Of a DNA stretch of 64,000 bases, positions 19,995 to 29,129 are shown piece by piece. The position numbers and the translations under genes were made by a program. The notes below the pieces were generated by a model that saw only the letters and a program-made list of their open reading frames with translations, had not been told where the DNA came from and made no database searches. The DNA is from an uncultured Candidatus Rokubacteria bacterium (lineage in GTDB: Bacteria > Methylomirabilota > Methylomirabilia > Rokubacteriales > DASRDR01), in contig CAWDVE010000010.1 of NCBI GenBank assembly GCA_963805625.1, positions 1,344,001 through 1,408,000 on the forward strand. The letters run 5' to 3'. The first letter of the stretch is position 1, and every line of letters begins with the position of its first letter.

Positions 19995-21470
19995 TCACCG
20001 CAGATTCTTCTTCAGGATCTTGCCCGTCGGGCTCTTGGGCAGCGCGGACAGGAACTCCACGGCGACCGGGACCTTGTAGGGCGCCACGCGTCCCCGACAC
20101 CGCTCGATGAGCTCCTCCGCCGTCGTCGACTGGCCGGATCGGAGCACCACGCATGCGCGGACGACCTCGCCCTTGACGGGATCCGGCCGTCCCAGCACCG
20201 CGGCCTCGGCGACGGCCGGATGCTCGAAGAGGACCTCCTCGACCTCGCGCGGGTAGACCTTGAACCCCGCGACGTTGATCATGTCCTTCACGCGATCCAC
20301 GACGTGGAAGTACCCGTCACCGTCACGGTGGCCGATGTCCCCCGAGTGAAGCCAGCCTCCGCGGAGCGCAACGGCCGTGTCCTCGGGCTTCCCCAGGTAC
20401 CCCCGCATCACGTTCGGTCCCCGGATCACGATCTCGCCGAGCGTGCCGTCGGGCACCTCCCGGTCGTGCTCGTCGACGACTCGCACCTCCACGTTCTCGA
20501 TCGGCGTCCCGACCGAGCCGGGCCGGTGGGCGTGCTCGTGGTTGTAGGTCGCGAACGGGGAGGACTCGGTGAGTCCGTAGCCTTGGGAGATCGGGAGCCC
20601 GGTGGCCGCTGTCCAACGTTGCTCGACGTCGCCGGGCAGCATGGCCGCGGCGGAGAAGGCGAGCCGGAGCGACGAGAGGTCGTGGGCGGCCAGACCGGCG
20701 GTCAGAAGGACGATGTACATCGTCGGCACGGCGTACAGGAGGGTGACGCGGTGCTGGCCGGCCGCGGCCAGGAAGTCGGCCGGCACGAACCGCTCCTGCA
20801 AGACCAGCGTCCCTCCGGCGGCCACGAGGGCGTTCATGATGAAGTTCTGGCCGAAGCAGTGGAACAGCGGTAGCGCGCACAGCCCGCGGTCCTCCGCGCT
20901 CATGCGGAGGTGGTGCACCGTCGCATAGGTGTTCGACACGACGTTGGCCTGCGTAAGCATGACGCCTTTGGGCCGGCCGGTCGTGGCCGAGGTGTAGAGA
21001 ACGGCGGCGACGTCCTCCCGGTCGCCGTCGACCGCGCGAAGGGGCGGATCGGTCGGGAGCGCTTCGAAGGTCACCGCCCCGGGCTCGCCGGTGCCCACGT
21101 GCACCCGAACGGACGGAGTCTCCCCGGGACGCGGGAGCTGGGCGGCAAATGGCGGGCCGCTCAGGATCGCTGCCGCCTCACTGTCACGGACGATGTACGC
21201 TAGCTCGTCACGCACGTAGGTGACGTTGAGCGCGACCGCCGTCACGCCGAGCTTCTGGCAGCCGTAATAGGCGACGACGAACTCCGGCCGGTTCGCGAGA
21301 TGGAGGCACACGCGCTCGCCGGGCCGGATCCCGAGCCGCGCGAGGCCCGCCGCCACCCGCCCGGCCTCGCGGTCGAGCTCCGCGTACGTGAAACGTCGGT
21401 CCCCGTAGACGAGGGCCGTCCGCCCGGGCTCGCGGCGGGCGCTCGCCTCGAGAAAGTGCGCGACGTTCAT
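19995..21470 (-). CDS. Long-chain acyl-CoA synthetase (AMP-binding)
   Basis: YTSATTGRPKG, GYGLTE, SGD, GKILK. Confidence 0.92.
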   Translation of the reverse strand: MNVAHFLEASARREPGRTALVYGDRRFTYAELDREAGRVAAGLARLGIRPGERVCLHLANRPEFVVAYYGCQKLGVTAVALNVTYVRDELAYIVRDSEAAAILSGPPFAAQLPRPGETPSVRVHVGTGEPGAVTFEALPTDPPLRAVDGDREDVAAVLYTSATTGRPKGVMLTQANVVSNTYATVHHLRMSAEDRGLCALPLFHCFGQNFIMNALVAAGGTLVLQERFVPADFLAAAGQHRVTLLYAVPTMYIVLLTAGLAAHDLSSLRLAFSAAAMLPGDVEQRWTAATGLPISQGYGLTESSPFATYNHEHAHRPGSVGTPIENVEVRVVDEHDREVPDGTLGEIVIRGPNVMRGYLGKPEDTAVALRGGWLHSGDIGHRDGDGYFHVVDRVKDMINVAGFKVYPREVEEVLFEHPAVAEAAVLGRPDPVKGEVVRACVVLRSGQSTTAEELIERCRGRVAPYKVPVAVEFLSALPKSPTGKILKKNLR

Positions 21471-21967
21471 CCGAGAAGCGCGCGGATCTCCTCGGCCGCC
21501 GACCGCCGCCACTCGTCCCCGTGCTGGGCGCGGAGCTGGCGGCGCAGCTCGAGCTGCTTCTGGTCCATGTACTCCGTGATCTTGAGCGGCCGTTCGACGA
21601 AACGGGCGACCTCCTTCATGTCCGCGTCGAAGAACACGAAGACCGGGATCGACCGGAAGAGTCCGCGGTTGAGGTACTGATCCATGAGGTCCGGGTTCTG
21701 ATCGCGGAGGAAGACCCGCATCTCGACGTTCGGGGCCCCCTCGACCATGCGCGCGAGCACCGGGAAGTTGGTCAGCGCGTCCCCGCACCAGTCCTCGGTA
21801 AGGACGAGGACGTTGAGCTTCTCGCCACGATCCGCGAAGACCGCCCGGTCCTGAGACGTGACGTGGGTCGCCGCCATCGTCTCCAGGAATTTGTCCTTGT
21901 TGCTGGTCATCTGGTCGAGATACTGCTGGAAGGTCATGCCCTGCGCGAAGCGCTGCTTGGTGACCAT
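21467..21967 (-). CDS. Thioredoxin-fold protein (WCGD type)
   Basis: LTEDWCGD, RD.N.DLM..YL, SIPVF. Confidence 0.85.
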   Translation of the reverse strand: MVTKQRFAQGMTFQQYLDQMTSNKDKFLETMAATHVTSQDRAVFADRGEKLNVLVLTEDWCGDALTNFPVLARMVEGAPNVEMRVFLRDQNPDLMDQYLNRGLFRSIPVFVFFDADMKEVARFVERPLKITEYMDQKQLELRRQLRAQHGDEWRRSAAEEIRALLG

Positions 21968-22011
21968 CAGGACCGGTCTCCTTCGTCGAGAGGTGTTCGC
22001 GAACGGTGGTG

Positions 22012-22632
22012 TCAGCGGAACTTGCCGAAGTCGAGCCTAGCCCGCAGGACCTCCTTCTGCTCCGGAGGCGCTCCCTTCACCACCAGCGTCACGACGCCGT
22101 TCCTCGGAAGCCCCTCGAGCGGGAACACGTACACGTTGCGCGCGGCGAGGCGGCCATCTTCCTGCACTAATGGCGTGCGCTCGTTCTGGACGAAGCTCGC
22201 CTTGACCTCGCGGCCGTTCACCATGAGGACCGGCTGGTAGAAGCGGGCGAAGCTCCGGGAAGGTCCTCCGTGCATCGTGACCAGGAGCTGGATCCGTCCC
22301 TTGCCCCTGTCGATCTGCTCCTTCTGCTGCTTCTCCGTCAGCGACTCGCCCTTCATCGCGGCCTGGCGGGCGGCGAGCGCGAGCCGGGAGAAGGGGGTGC
22401 TGACGACGACGTCCTCACCGCCGGGCAGCCGAAGCTGCCACTCCTCGGCGAAGTCGTCCTGCGTGATCGAGGCGATGCCTGCGTCGGTCGCCTCGCGAAT
22501 CTCGGCCGCCGTCAGATCCCCGACCAGCGCCGGGGCGGGCCGGGGAAAGCCCCAGAGGAGGATCTCGGCGAGGGCAAGTGCCGCACCGACCCGAACCCTG
22601 GTCTGCCGCGGCCGAGCCCGCGCGCCGCTCAC
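22012..22632 (-). CDS. Hypothetical exported protein
   Basis: Signal-like N-terminus, globular composition; GTG overlaps the upstream TGA; start uncertain. Confidence 0.65.
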   Translation of the reverse strand: MSGARARPRQTRVRVGAALALAEILLWGFPRPAPALVGDLTAAEIREATDAGIASITQDDFAEEWQLRLPGGEDVVVSTPFSRLALAARQAAMKGESLTEKQQKEQIDRGKGRIQLLVTMHGGPSRSFARFYQPVLMVNGREVKASFVQNERTPLVQEDGRLAARNVYVFPLEGLPRNGVVTLVVKGAPPEQKEVLRARLDFGKFR

Positions 22633-22920
22633 AGCCAGTCGTGACTCTTGAGGAACATGAACGCGGTTGCCGAGAGCCCGAACATGAGGACGGTCGCCGC
22701 TGGGATCCCCCACGGCTGCTTGAGCCCAAGCATCACCTCGAAGTTCAGTGAATGGAAGCCGAACAGCCCCTCGAGCGCGTGGAGCTCCTCCGGGGGCCGC
22801 CGGCTCCAGATCCAGCCAGCCGACCGTTCCCTGCTGGCCGAGCGCCTGGGCGACCTGCTCGGCTTCGAGCCCTTCCTCGAGGACGCCGGACGGACGGCGG
22901 ACCAGGCCGAAGTGCCCCAT
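22629..22920 (-). pseudogene. corA: Internally deleted, frameshifted CorA Mg2+ transporter remnant
   Basis: WLDLE..P.EEL..L..LFGFHSL joined directly to NFEVM..L..PWG...LM...F.FLKSHDWL. Confidence 0.7.
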
Positions 22921-22921
22921 G

Positions 22922-24295
22922 TCAGGGACTTCCGATCCCGGCCTCGCGGAGGTTGCCCACCAGCGCGAGACTCATGCCGTCCGGGTCCCAATGGGCCCGC
23001 ACCGCCCGGAGCACGTCGTCGGCGGTGACGGCCGAGACGGCCTGGCGGAAGCGCGCGGGGTAGTCGAGGCCGAGGTCGAACCGCTCGATCGCGACGAGAA
23101 GGTCCGACACGTCCGCCGCCGTGTCCATCCGCAGGGGGAAGCTCCCGACCAGGTACGAGCGAGCGCGCGCCAACTCCTCCCCCGACACGCGCTCGCGGCG
23201 GAGGCGGATCAGCTCCTCCCGCACCACCGCCAGAGCCTCGCGGACCCGCGCGTTCTCGCTCTGCAGCTCGACCAGGAACAGGCCCGCCAGGCGGGCCGGC
23301 GCGTACTGCGCGTACACGTTGTAGGCCAGCCCGCGCTCCTCGCGGATGCGAGTGTACAGGCGCGAGGACGAGCCACCGCCGAGGATCTGGCTCGCCACCA
23401 GCAGCGGGTAGAAGTCCGGATGCCTTCTGGTCACGGTCGCCTGGCCCAGGAGGATCGTGGCCTGAGTCAGGCTCCGCTGCACCGACTCGGTGCGCGAGGG
23501 CAACCCGAGAGGCACCGGCCCCGGCGGCGCAGGGGCCGGGGTCGTCACGGACCAGACGCCCAGGCGCGTCTCGAGCTCAGCCCGGACCGCCGCGGTCGTG
23601 ACGTCGCCCGCCACCGCGACGATTGTGCGCTCGGGCCGGTAGGCCGCCCGGTGGAAGGCTGCCACGTCGTCCCGGGTGATGGCGGGGAGCGACGCCTCAG
23701 TCCCGGTCACGGGACGGCCGTAGGGGTGCTCGGGAAAAGCCAGCCGCCTCAGCAGGCGAGCCGCGACCGTTCCGGGATCCTCCTCCGAGCGCCGCACCGA
23801 CGCCAGCATCTCGTCGCGCGTCCGTTCGAACTCGGTGTCCGGGAAGGCGGGCCGCAGAAGCGCCTCGGTCAGGAGATCGAGGCCGAGCCCGAGGTCCTTC
23901 CGGAGCACGGAGAGCACGACCTCGCTCGAATCCCGGCCCCCCTCGCCCTCGAGGCTCCCGCCGACGAACTCGATGGCACGGTCGACCTCAAGGGCAGACC
24001 GGGTCGCGCTCCCGCGGGTGAGGAGCATCGCGGTCAGGTTGGCGACGCCGCCCTTGTCCGGGGGGTCGAGGGCCGCTCCCGCCTCCACCGACGCGCGAGC
24101 GATGACGATCGGGATGCCGGGGCGCTCGGCGACGAGGATGACGATCCCGTTCGGCAGCGTGAGCCGCGTCCAGCCCGAAGCTATCGCGGGTGCCGGCGCC
24201 ACCACGGACGGTGGCAAGGTCTGGGAACCCGCCGGCGTCGCGAGCGCCGCGACAGCTGCGGTCAGGACGACGCCCCTCACGGCAACCAGACGCAT
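22922..24295 (-). CDS. M16 family peptidase, non-catalytic subunit
   Basis: LPNG, G.ANLTA.LL (no HxxEH), LGGG.SSRL..IRE.RGLAY; TATAAT 6 nt before ATG. Confidence 0.9.
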   Translation of the reverse strand: MRLVAVRGVVLTAAVAALATPAGSQTLPPSVVAPAPAIASGWTRLTLPNGIVILVAERPGIPIVIARASVEAGAALDPPDKGGVANLTAMLLTRGSATRSALEVDRAIEFVGGSLEGEGGRDSSEVVLSVLRKDLGLGLDLLTEALLRPAFPDTEFERTRDEMLASVRRSEEDPGTVAARLLRRLAFPEHPYGRPVTGTEASLPAITRDDVAAFHRAAYRPERTIVAVAGDVTTAAVRAELETRLGVWSVTTPAPAPPGPVPLGLPSRTESVQRSLTQATILLGQATVTRRHPDFYPLLVASQILGGGSSSRLYTRIREERGLAYNVYAQYAPARLAGLFLVELQSENARVREALAVVREELIRLRRERVSGEELARARSYLVGSFPLRMDTAADVSDLLVAIERFDLGLDYPARFRQAVSAVTADDVLRAVRAHWDPDGMSLALVGNLREAGIGSP

Positions 24296-24346
24296 GGCGG
24301 CATTATACCGGCTCTGCCATTAGCTAACCGGCCCGGCGCGGGGCGC

Positions 24347-25288
24347 CTACCTGTCCAGGAGCGCGAGGACGGGCGCAAAGGCCTCGAGGCTCTCCAGTGT
24401 GTTCGGCTCGAGCCAGAGCTGCACGTGACTGATGCCCTCGCGCGCATAGTCCCGCAGCTCCTCCGCCAGGCGCTCGGGCGGTCCGGTGAGGGGCTCGAAG
24501 GTCCAGTGCGCCGGAAGCGGTGGGGACGCGCTCTTTCCTGGTGCCATGTCGACGAACACGGCGACCGTGCGGCCGACCGTTACCGGATCGCGCCCAGCTT
24601 TACGGCAGGCCGCGTCGACCCGGTCCCGGAGCGGTGCGACACCCGCGGGACGGTTCTTCGTGGGGGTGAAGTACGCATTCCACACATCCCCGTACTGGGC
24701 CAGCAGCGCCAGCATGCGCTCCCCGCTCGACCCGATCAGGATCGGGGGGCCGCCGGGCCGGGGACCCCGTGGCAGGAGCACGCAATCCCGCGCCTCGTGA
24801 AAACGGCCGACGAAGTCGACGTGCCCCTGACGGAGCAGCCCGTGGACGATGCGGAGCCCCTCCTCGAAGCGGCTCACCCGGTGGTCGAAGGGATAGCCGA
24901 ACGCCCGGTACTCCGCCTCGTGCCAGCCGGCGCCGACGCCGAGGATCAGCCGGCCTCCCGAGATCTCCTCGATGGTGTCGGCCAGCTTCGCGAGATGCGC
25001 GGGATTGCGGAACGACATGCACGAGACGAGGGGGCCGATCTCGACGCGCGAGGTCACCGCGGCGATGGCGGCGATGATCGCCCACCCTTCCCACACGCCT
25101 TGCGAGGCCCGGCCCTCCTGGCGGAACAGGAGGTGGTCCTCGATCCACACGGAGTCGAATCCGATCTCCTCGGCATGGCGCGCCATCTGGCTGATGTCGC
25201 CCCAGCGCGGTGTGCCGTGGCGTCCCTTGTCCACGGCGATCGGCAGCTCCACGCCGACTTTCAGCGGCCGTCGTCTCTCTCGGGTCAC
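24347..25288 (-). CDS. LLM-class flavin-dependent oxidoreductase
   Basis: GFDSVWIEDH, RNPAHLAK, SGGRLILGVGAGW. Confidence 0.9.
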   Translation of the reverse strand: MTRERRRPLKVGVELPIAVDKGRHGTPRWGDISQMARHAEEIGFDSVWIEDHLLFRQEGRASQGVWEGWAIIAAIAAVTSRVEIGPLVSCMSFRNPAHLAKLADTIEEISGGRLILGVGAGWHEAEYRAFGYPFDHRVSRFEEGLRIVHGLLRQGHVDFVGRFHEARDCVLLPRGPRPGGPPILIGSSGERMLALLAQYGDVWNAYFTPTKNRPAGVAPLRDRVDAACRKAGRDPVTVGRTVAVFVDMAPGKSASPPLPAHWTFEPLTGPPERLAEELRDYAREGISHVQLWLEPNTLESLEAFAPVLALLDR

Positions 25289-25319
25289 GGATGGTCCTCC
25301 ATCGGCGGCCCCGCCGCGC

Positions 25320-26426
25320 TCAGTCGAGGGACTTGCGGAAGCGCAGCACCGCCAGGGTAAAGATCACGGCGCCGAACGCGACCAGGGGCCAGACGTCAGG
25401 CCAGAGGTCGGCCAGGCCGATGCCCTTCAGCACGATCCCGCGGATGATCCGCAGGAAGTACGTGATGGGCAGGATCCGCGCGACGTACTGCGCCGGCTCC
25501 GGCATCCCTTCCAGGGGAAACAGGAGCCCGGACAGGTAGATGGACGGCAGGATGGTGAGGAAACCAAGTTGCATCGCCTGGGGTACGGTGCGGGACATCG
25601 TCGACACGTAGATGCCGATCCCGAGAGTGCCCAGCATGAAGACCGCCGAGACCGCGTAGAGCAGCGCCACGCTCCCCCGGATGGGCACCGCGAACACGTA
25701 GTGCGCCACCACCAGGGCCAGCGTCATCTGGCCGTACGCGACGAGTAGGTTCGGCAGGATCTTCCCGAGCATGATCTCCCACCGCTTGAGCGGGCTCACG
25801 ATCAGGGCCTCGAGGGTCCCCCGCTCGCGCTCCCGGACCACGGCCACGGCCATGATCGTGATGGTCGTCTGCATCAGGAGGGCGCCGATGAGCCCGGGCA
25901 CGATGAACAGCGCCGACTCCTGGTCGGGGTTGTACCAGGCGCGGATGCGGACGTCGAGGCCGGCCTCCGTGTCGATGCCGCCCCGGCGCAGGAGCTCGAT
26001 CGAGCGATCGAGGCCCAGCGCGGTCGCCGCGTTGATGGCGGAGACGGCCACCTGAGGGTCGGAAGCGTCGACGATCACCTGGATCGCCGCGGCCCGGCGG
26101 CTGCGCAGGCGCTCGGAGAAATCGGGCGGGATCACGATTCCCACCTTGGCGTCGCCCCGGTCGATGAGCCGGGCGACCTCGTCGAGCGATCGCGCCTGGA
26201 ATCGGACCGCGAAGTACCGCGTGTTCTGGAACGCCTCGAGCAGCTTCTGCGCCTCGACGTCGCGCGCCTCGTCGAGCACGACGGTCGGCAAGTTCCTCAC
26301 GTCCGTGTTGATGGCGTAGCCGAAGATGAACAGGAGGGCGACCGGGATGATCAAAGCGAGCGTCAGCGACATGGGATCGCGCCGGAGCTGCACCAGCTCC
26401 TTCCACATCATCCCGAGGAGTCGCAT
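25320..26426 (-). CDS. ABC-2 type permease (YbhS/R-like)
   Basis: KEL.QL.RD, YNP, RERERGTLE, LSGLLFP. Confidence 0.92.
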   Translation of the reverse strand: MRLLGMMWKELVQLRRDPMSLTLALIIPVALLFIFGYAINTDVRNLPTVVLDEARDVEAQKLLEAFQNTRYFAVRFQARSLDEVARLIDRGDAKVGIVIPPDFSERLRSRRAAAIQVIVDASDPQVAVSAINAATALGLDRSIELLRRGGIDTEAGLDVRIRAWYNPDQESALFIVPGLIGALLMQTTITIMAVAVVRERERGTLEALIVSPLKRWEIMLGKILPNLLVAYGQMTLALVVAHYVFAVPIRGSVALLYAVSAVFMLGTLGIGIYVSTMSRTVPQAMQLGFLTILPSIYLSGLLFPLEGMPEPAQYVARILPITYFLRIIRGIVLKGIGLADLWPDVWPLVAFGAVIFTLAVLRFRKSLD

Positions 26427-26432
26427 GCGCGA

Positions 26433-27401
26433 TCAGAAGGCGCCGAGCTGCCGCCGCAGCCGCGCCTTGCGCTCCTTGTCCACGAAGGAGATGAACACGT
26501 CCTCGATCGTCGGGGGAACCACGCGCACCGCCGCCGTCAGCCGGGCGGCCGCCAGGCGCTCCACCACCGCCGCCTCGGTGAGCTCGCGCTCGGCCGACAC
26601 GACGCGCACCACCGCTCCGTAGCGGACGGCTTCCTCGACGGCGGGCCAGTCGGCAAGGATGTCGATCGCCCGCTGGGGCTCCGGCGCCTCCACCTGGAAC
26701 ACGGGCCGCCCGAACGCGTCGGCCTTGATCACGGCTGGCGTGCCCTGCGCGATCAGCCGCCCCTGGTAGATGAACCCCAGCCGGTCGCAATGCTCGGCCT
26801 CGTCCATGTAGTGAGTCGTCACCACCACGGTGACGCCGCTGTCGGCGAGGCGCCGGATCAGCTCCCAGAAGGTGCGGCGGGACACCGGGTCGACGCCGGC
26901 CGTCGGCTCGTCGAGGAACATGAGCCGGGGCGCGTGGACGAGCGCGCAGGCGAGCGCCAGCCGCTGACGGTAGCCGCCCGACAGGTGGCCCGCCAGCGTG
27001 TCCTCGCGGCCAACCAGGTCTGCGAGCTGGATCATCCGGTCGATGCGCTCTCGCCGGAGCCGGCCCGGCACGCCGTAGACCATCGCGTAGAAGACGAGGT
27101 TCTCGGCGGCCGACAGGTCGTCGTAGAGCGAGAAGCGCTGCGACATGTACCCGATGGCGGCCTTGATCCGCTCGGGCTCCCGGCGAAGGTCGATGTCGAG
27201 GACGCGCCCACTTCCGTCGGTGGGCTCGAGGATGCCGCAGAGCATCCGGAGGGTCGTGGACTTCCCGGCGCCGTTCGGACCCAGGAAGCCGTAGAGCTCG
27301 CCCGCCTCGACCCGGAGGTCGACGTGATCGACCGCCGTGAAGGCGCCGAAGCGCTTGGTAAGTCCCTCGGTCAGAACCGCGGGATCGGCCGACTCCACCA
27401 T
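26433..27401 (-). CDS. ABC exporter ATP-binding protein (YbhF-like)
   Basis: GPNGAGKST, LSGG, LDEPTAGVDP. Confidence 0.92.
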   Translation of the reverse strand: MVESADPAVLTEGLTKRFGAFTAVDHVDLRVEAGELYGFLGPNGAGKSTTLRMLCGILEPTDGSGRVLDIDLRREPERIKAAIGYMSQRFSLYDDLSAAENLVFYAMVYGVPGRLRRERIDRMIQLADLVGREDTLAGHLSGGYRQRLALACALVHAPRLMFLDEPTAGVDPVSRRTFWELIRRLADSGVTVVVTTHYMDEAEHCDRLGFIYQGRLIAQGTPAVIKADAFGRPVFQVEAPEPQRAIDILADWPAVEEAVRYGAVVRVVSAERELTEAAVVERLAAARLTAAVRVVPPTIEDVFISFVDKERKARLRRQLGAF

Positions 27402-27433
27402 CTCGAGGGAGGCGTCCCCGATGGAGGCGGCGG

Positions 27434-29116
27434 CTATCCGCCGGCGACTGTGACCGGAAGGGCACCGAGACGGAGCGCCTCGGCCCGGAGGATCTCCCAC
27501 GCCCGCCGCACGTGGCGCTCCTCCGTCCGGATGTTGCCGATGGCGAGGCGGAGCGCGTAGCGCCCGCCGAGGATCACGTGAGACAGGAACGCCTCGCCCG
27601 AGGCGTTCACGCCCTCGAGCAGCCGCTTGTTCAGGGCACCCAGCCGCGGGTCGTCGGAAACCCAACCCCGGGGCCGGAGCCGGAAAACGACCGTGCTGAA
27701 CGGGACGGGGGCGATGCGCACCCAGTCCGGATCGCCGTCGACCCACTCGGCGAAGAGCCGTCCGAGCCGCATGTGCTCACGCAAGCGCGCCTCGATGCCG
27801 GACCGGCCGAACGCGCGAAGCACCATCCAGAGCTTCAGCGCCCGGAAGCGGCGGCCGAGCTGCGGCCCCCAGTCCATGTAGTTCTCGACCGCGCTCCCTT
27901 CCGGCGTCTGGAGGTACGAGGGCACGAGGGTGAAGGCGCGCTTGAGCACGTCGGGACGCCGGCAGAACAGGGCCGAGCAGTCGATGGGCGTGAAGAGCCA
28001 CTTGTGCGGGTTGACGACGATCGAGTCGGCGCGGTCGCACCCGGCCAGCACCTCACGCCGCTCGGGCAGGATGGCCGCGACCCCGCCGTATGCGGCGTCG
28101 ACGTGGAGCCAGAGTCCCTCCCGCGCGGCGATGTCGGCGATCGCCGGCACAGGATCCACGCTCGTCGTCCCCGTCGTCCCGACGGTCGCGCACACGGCGA
28201 TGGGTCGCCAGCCGGCGGCCCGATCCTCGCTGATCGCGCGGGCCAGCGCCGCCGGATCCATCCGGAACTCGCGGTCCGTCGGGATCTTCCGCACGCCCTC
28301 GCGCCCGAAGCCGAGGATGATCGCGCCCTTCTCGACGGAATTGTGCGCCTGCTCGGACGTGTAGACGCGGAGGCGCGGGATGTCGGGTCGCCCGGCCATC
28401 CCCTGCTCCCGGATTTCGAGCCCGGCGGCCTCGCGCGCCGCCGCGAGCCCGCAGAGGGTCGAGATCGATGCGGTGTCGTAGATGACGCCGTGGAAGTCCG
28501 CGGGCAGGCCGAGGAGCTTCCGCAGCCAGTCGAGGACGACCTCCTCCAGCTCGGTCGCGGCCGGAGACGTGCGCCAAAGCATGGCGTTGACGTTGAGCGC
28601 GGCGCAGAGGAGCTCGCCGAGGATCCCTGGAGCGGAGCCGCTGATCGCGAAGTAGGCGAAGAAGCCCGGATGGTTCCAGTGCGTGATGCCCGGGAGGATC
28701 ACGCGCTCGAAGTCCGCGAGGACCCGATGAAGCGGCTCGGGCGCGTCCGGTGCCTCACTTGGAAGCGCCTGCCGGACATCGCCGGGCTTGACTCGAGCCA
28801 GCACGGGGAATCGTTCAGGATCAGCCAGGTAGTCCGTGATCCAATCAATGACCCGTCTCCCGTACGCGCGGAACATCTCGGGATGAAGGTCTCCCTCCGT
28901 CGGCAGCACGGGTGGCTCGAGAAGATAGCTTGGCGTGACGTCAGGACGATTCTGATAGATCGCCATCCGGACGTCGCTGATCTTCCCGAGTGCTTCGCCA
29001 ATGCTCCGAATGTTCTGCTCGGGAGCCATCCCCAGATCCCGAATGACGGATGCAGCCTCGTCGAGAAGGCGACCAGCCTGTCTCAGAAGGTCCTCTAAAC
29101 GTTCGGGAGACTCCAC
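27434..29116 (-). CDS. PLP-dependent group II (aromatic L-amino acid) decarboxylase with ~70-aa N-terminal extension
   Basis: THWNHP.FFAYF, SPAATELE, HVDAAYGG, NPHKW; GAGGAG before GTG 29116. Confidence 0.9.
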   Translation of the reverse strand: MESPERLEDLLRQAGRLLDEAASVIRDLGMAPEQNIRSIGEALGKISDVRMAIYQNRPDVTPSYLLEPPVLPTEGDLHPEMFRAYGRRVIDWITDYLADPERFPVLARVKPGDVRQALPSEAPDAPEPLHRVLADFERVILPGITHWNHPGFFAYFAISGSAPGILGELLCAALNVNAMLWRTSPAATELEEVVLDWLRKLLGLPADFHGVIYDTASISTLCGLAAAREAAGLEIREQGMAGRPDIPRLRVYTSEQAHNSVEKGAIILGFGREGVRKIPTDREFRMDPAALARAISEDRAAGWRPIAVCATVGTTGTTSVDPVPAIADIAAREGLWLHVDAAYGGVAAILPERREVLAGCDRADSIVVNPHKWLFTPIDCSALFCRRPDVLKRAFTLVPSYLQTPEGSAVENYMDWGPQLGRRFRALKLWMVLRAFGRSGIEARLREHMRLGRLFAEWVDGDPDWVRIAPVPFSTVVFRLRPRGWVSDDPRLGALNKRLLEGVNASGEAFLSHVILGGRYALRLAIGNIRTEERHVRRAWEILRAEALRLGALPVTVAGG

Positions 29117-29129
29117 GCGCTTCTCCTCG

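Noticed and set aside
22012-22920. Single 302-aa protein
   Set aside because: The first ~45 codons belong to the corA remnant; the real gene probably starts at 22632
22748-25360. Very long opposite-strand or alternate-frame ORFs (e.g. 870 aa here; also 16864-19137, 36109-38280, 741-2621)
   Set aside because: Arg/Pro/Gly-rich shadows of real genes, expected at high GC; no motifs
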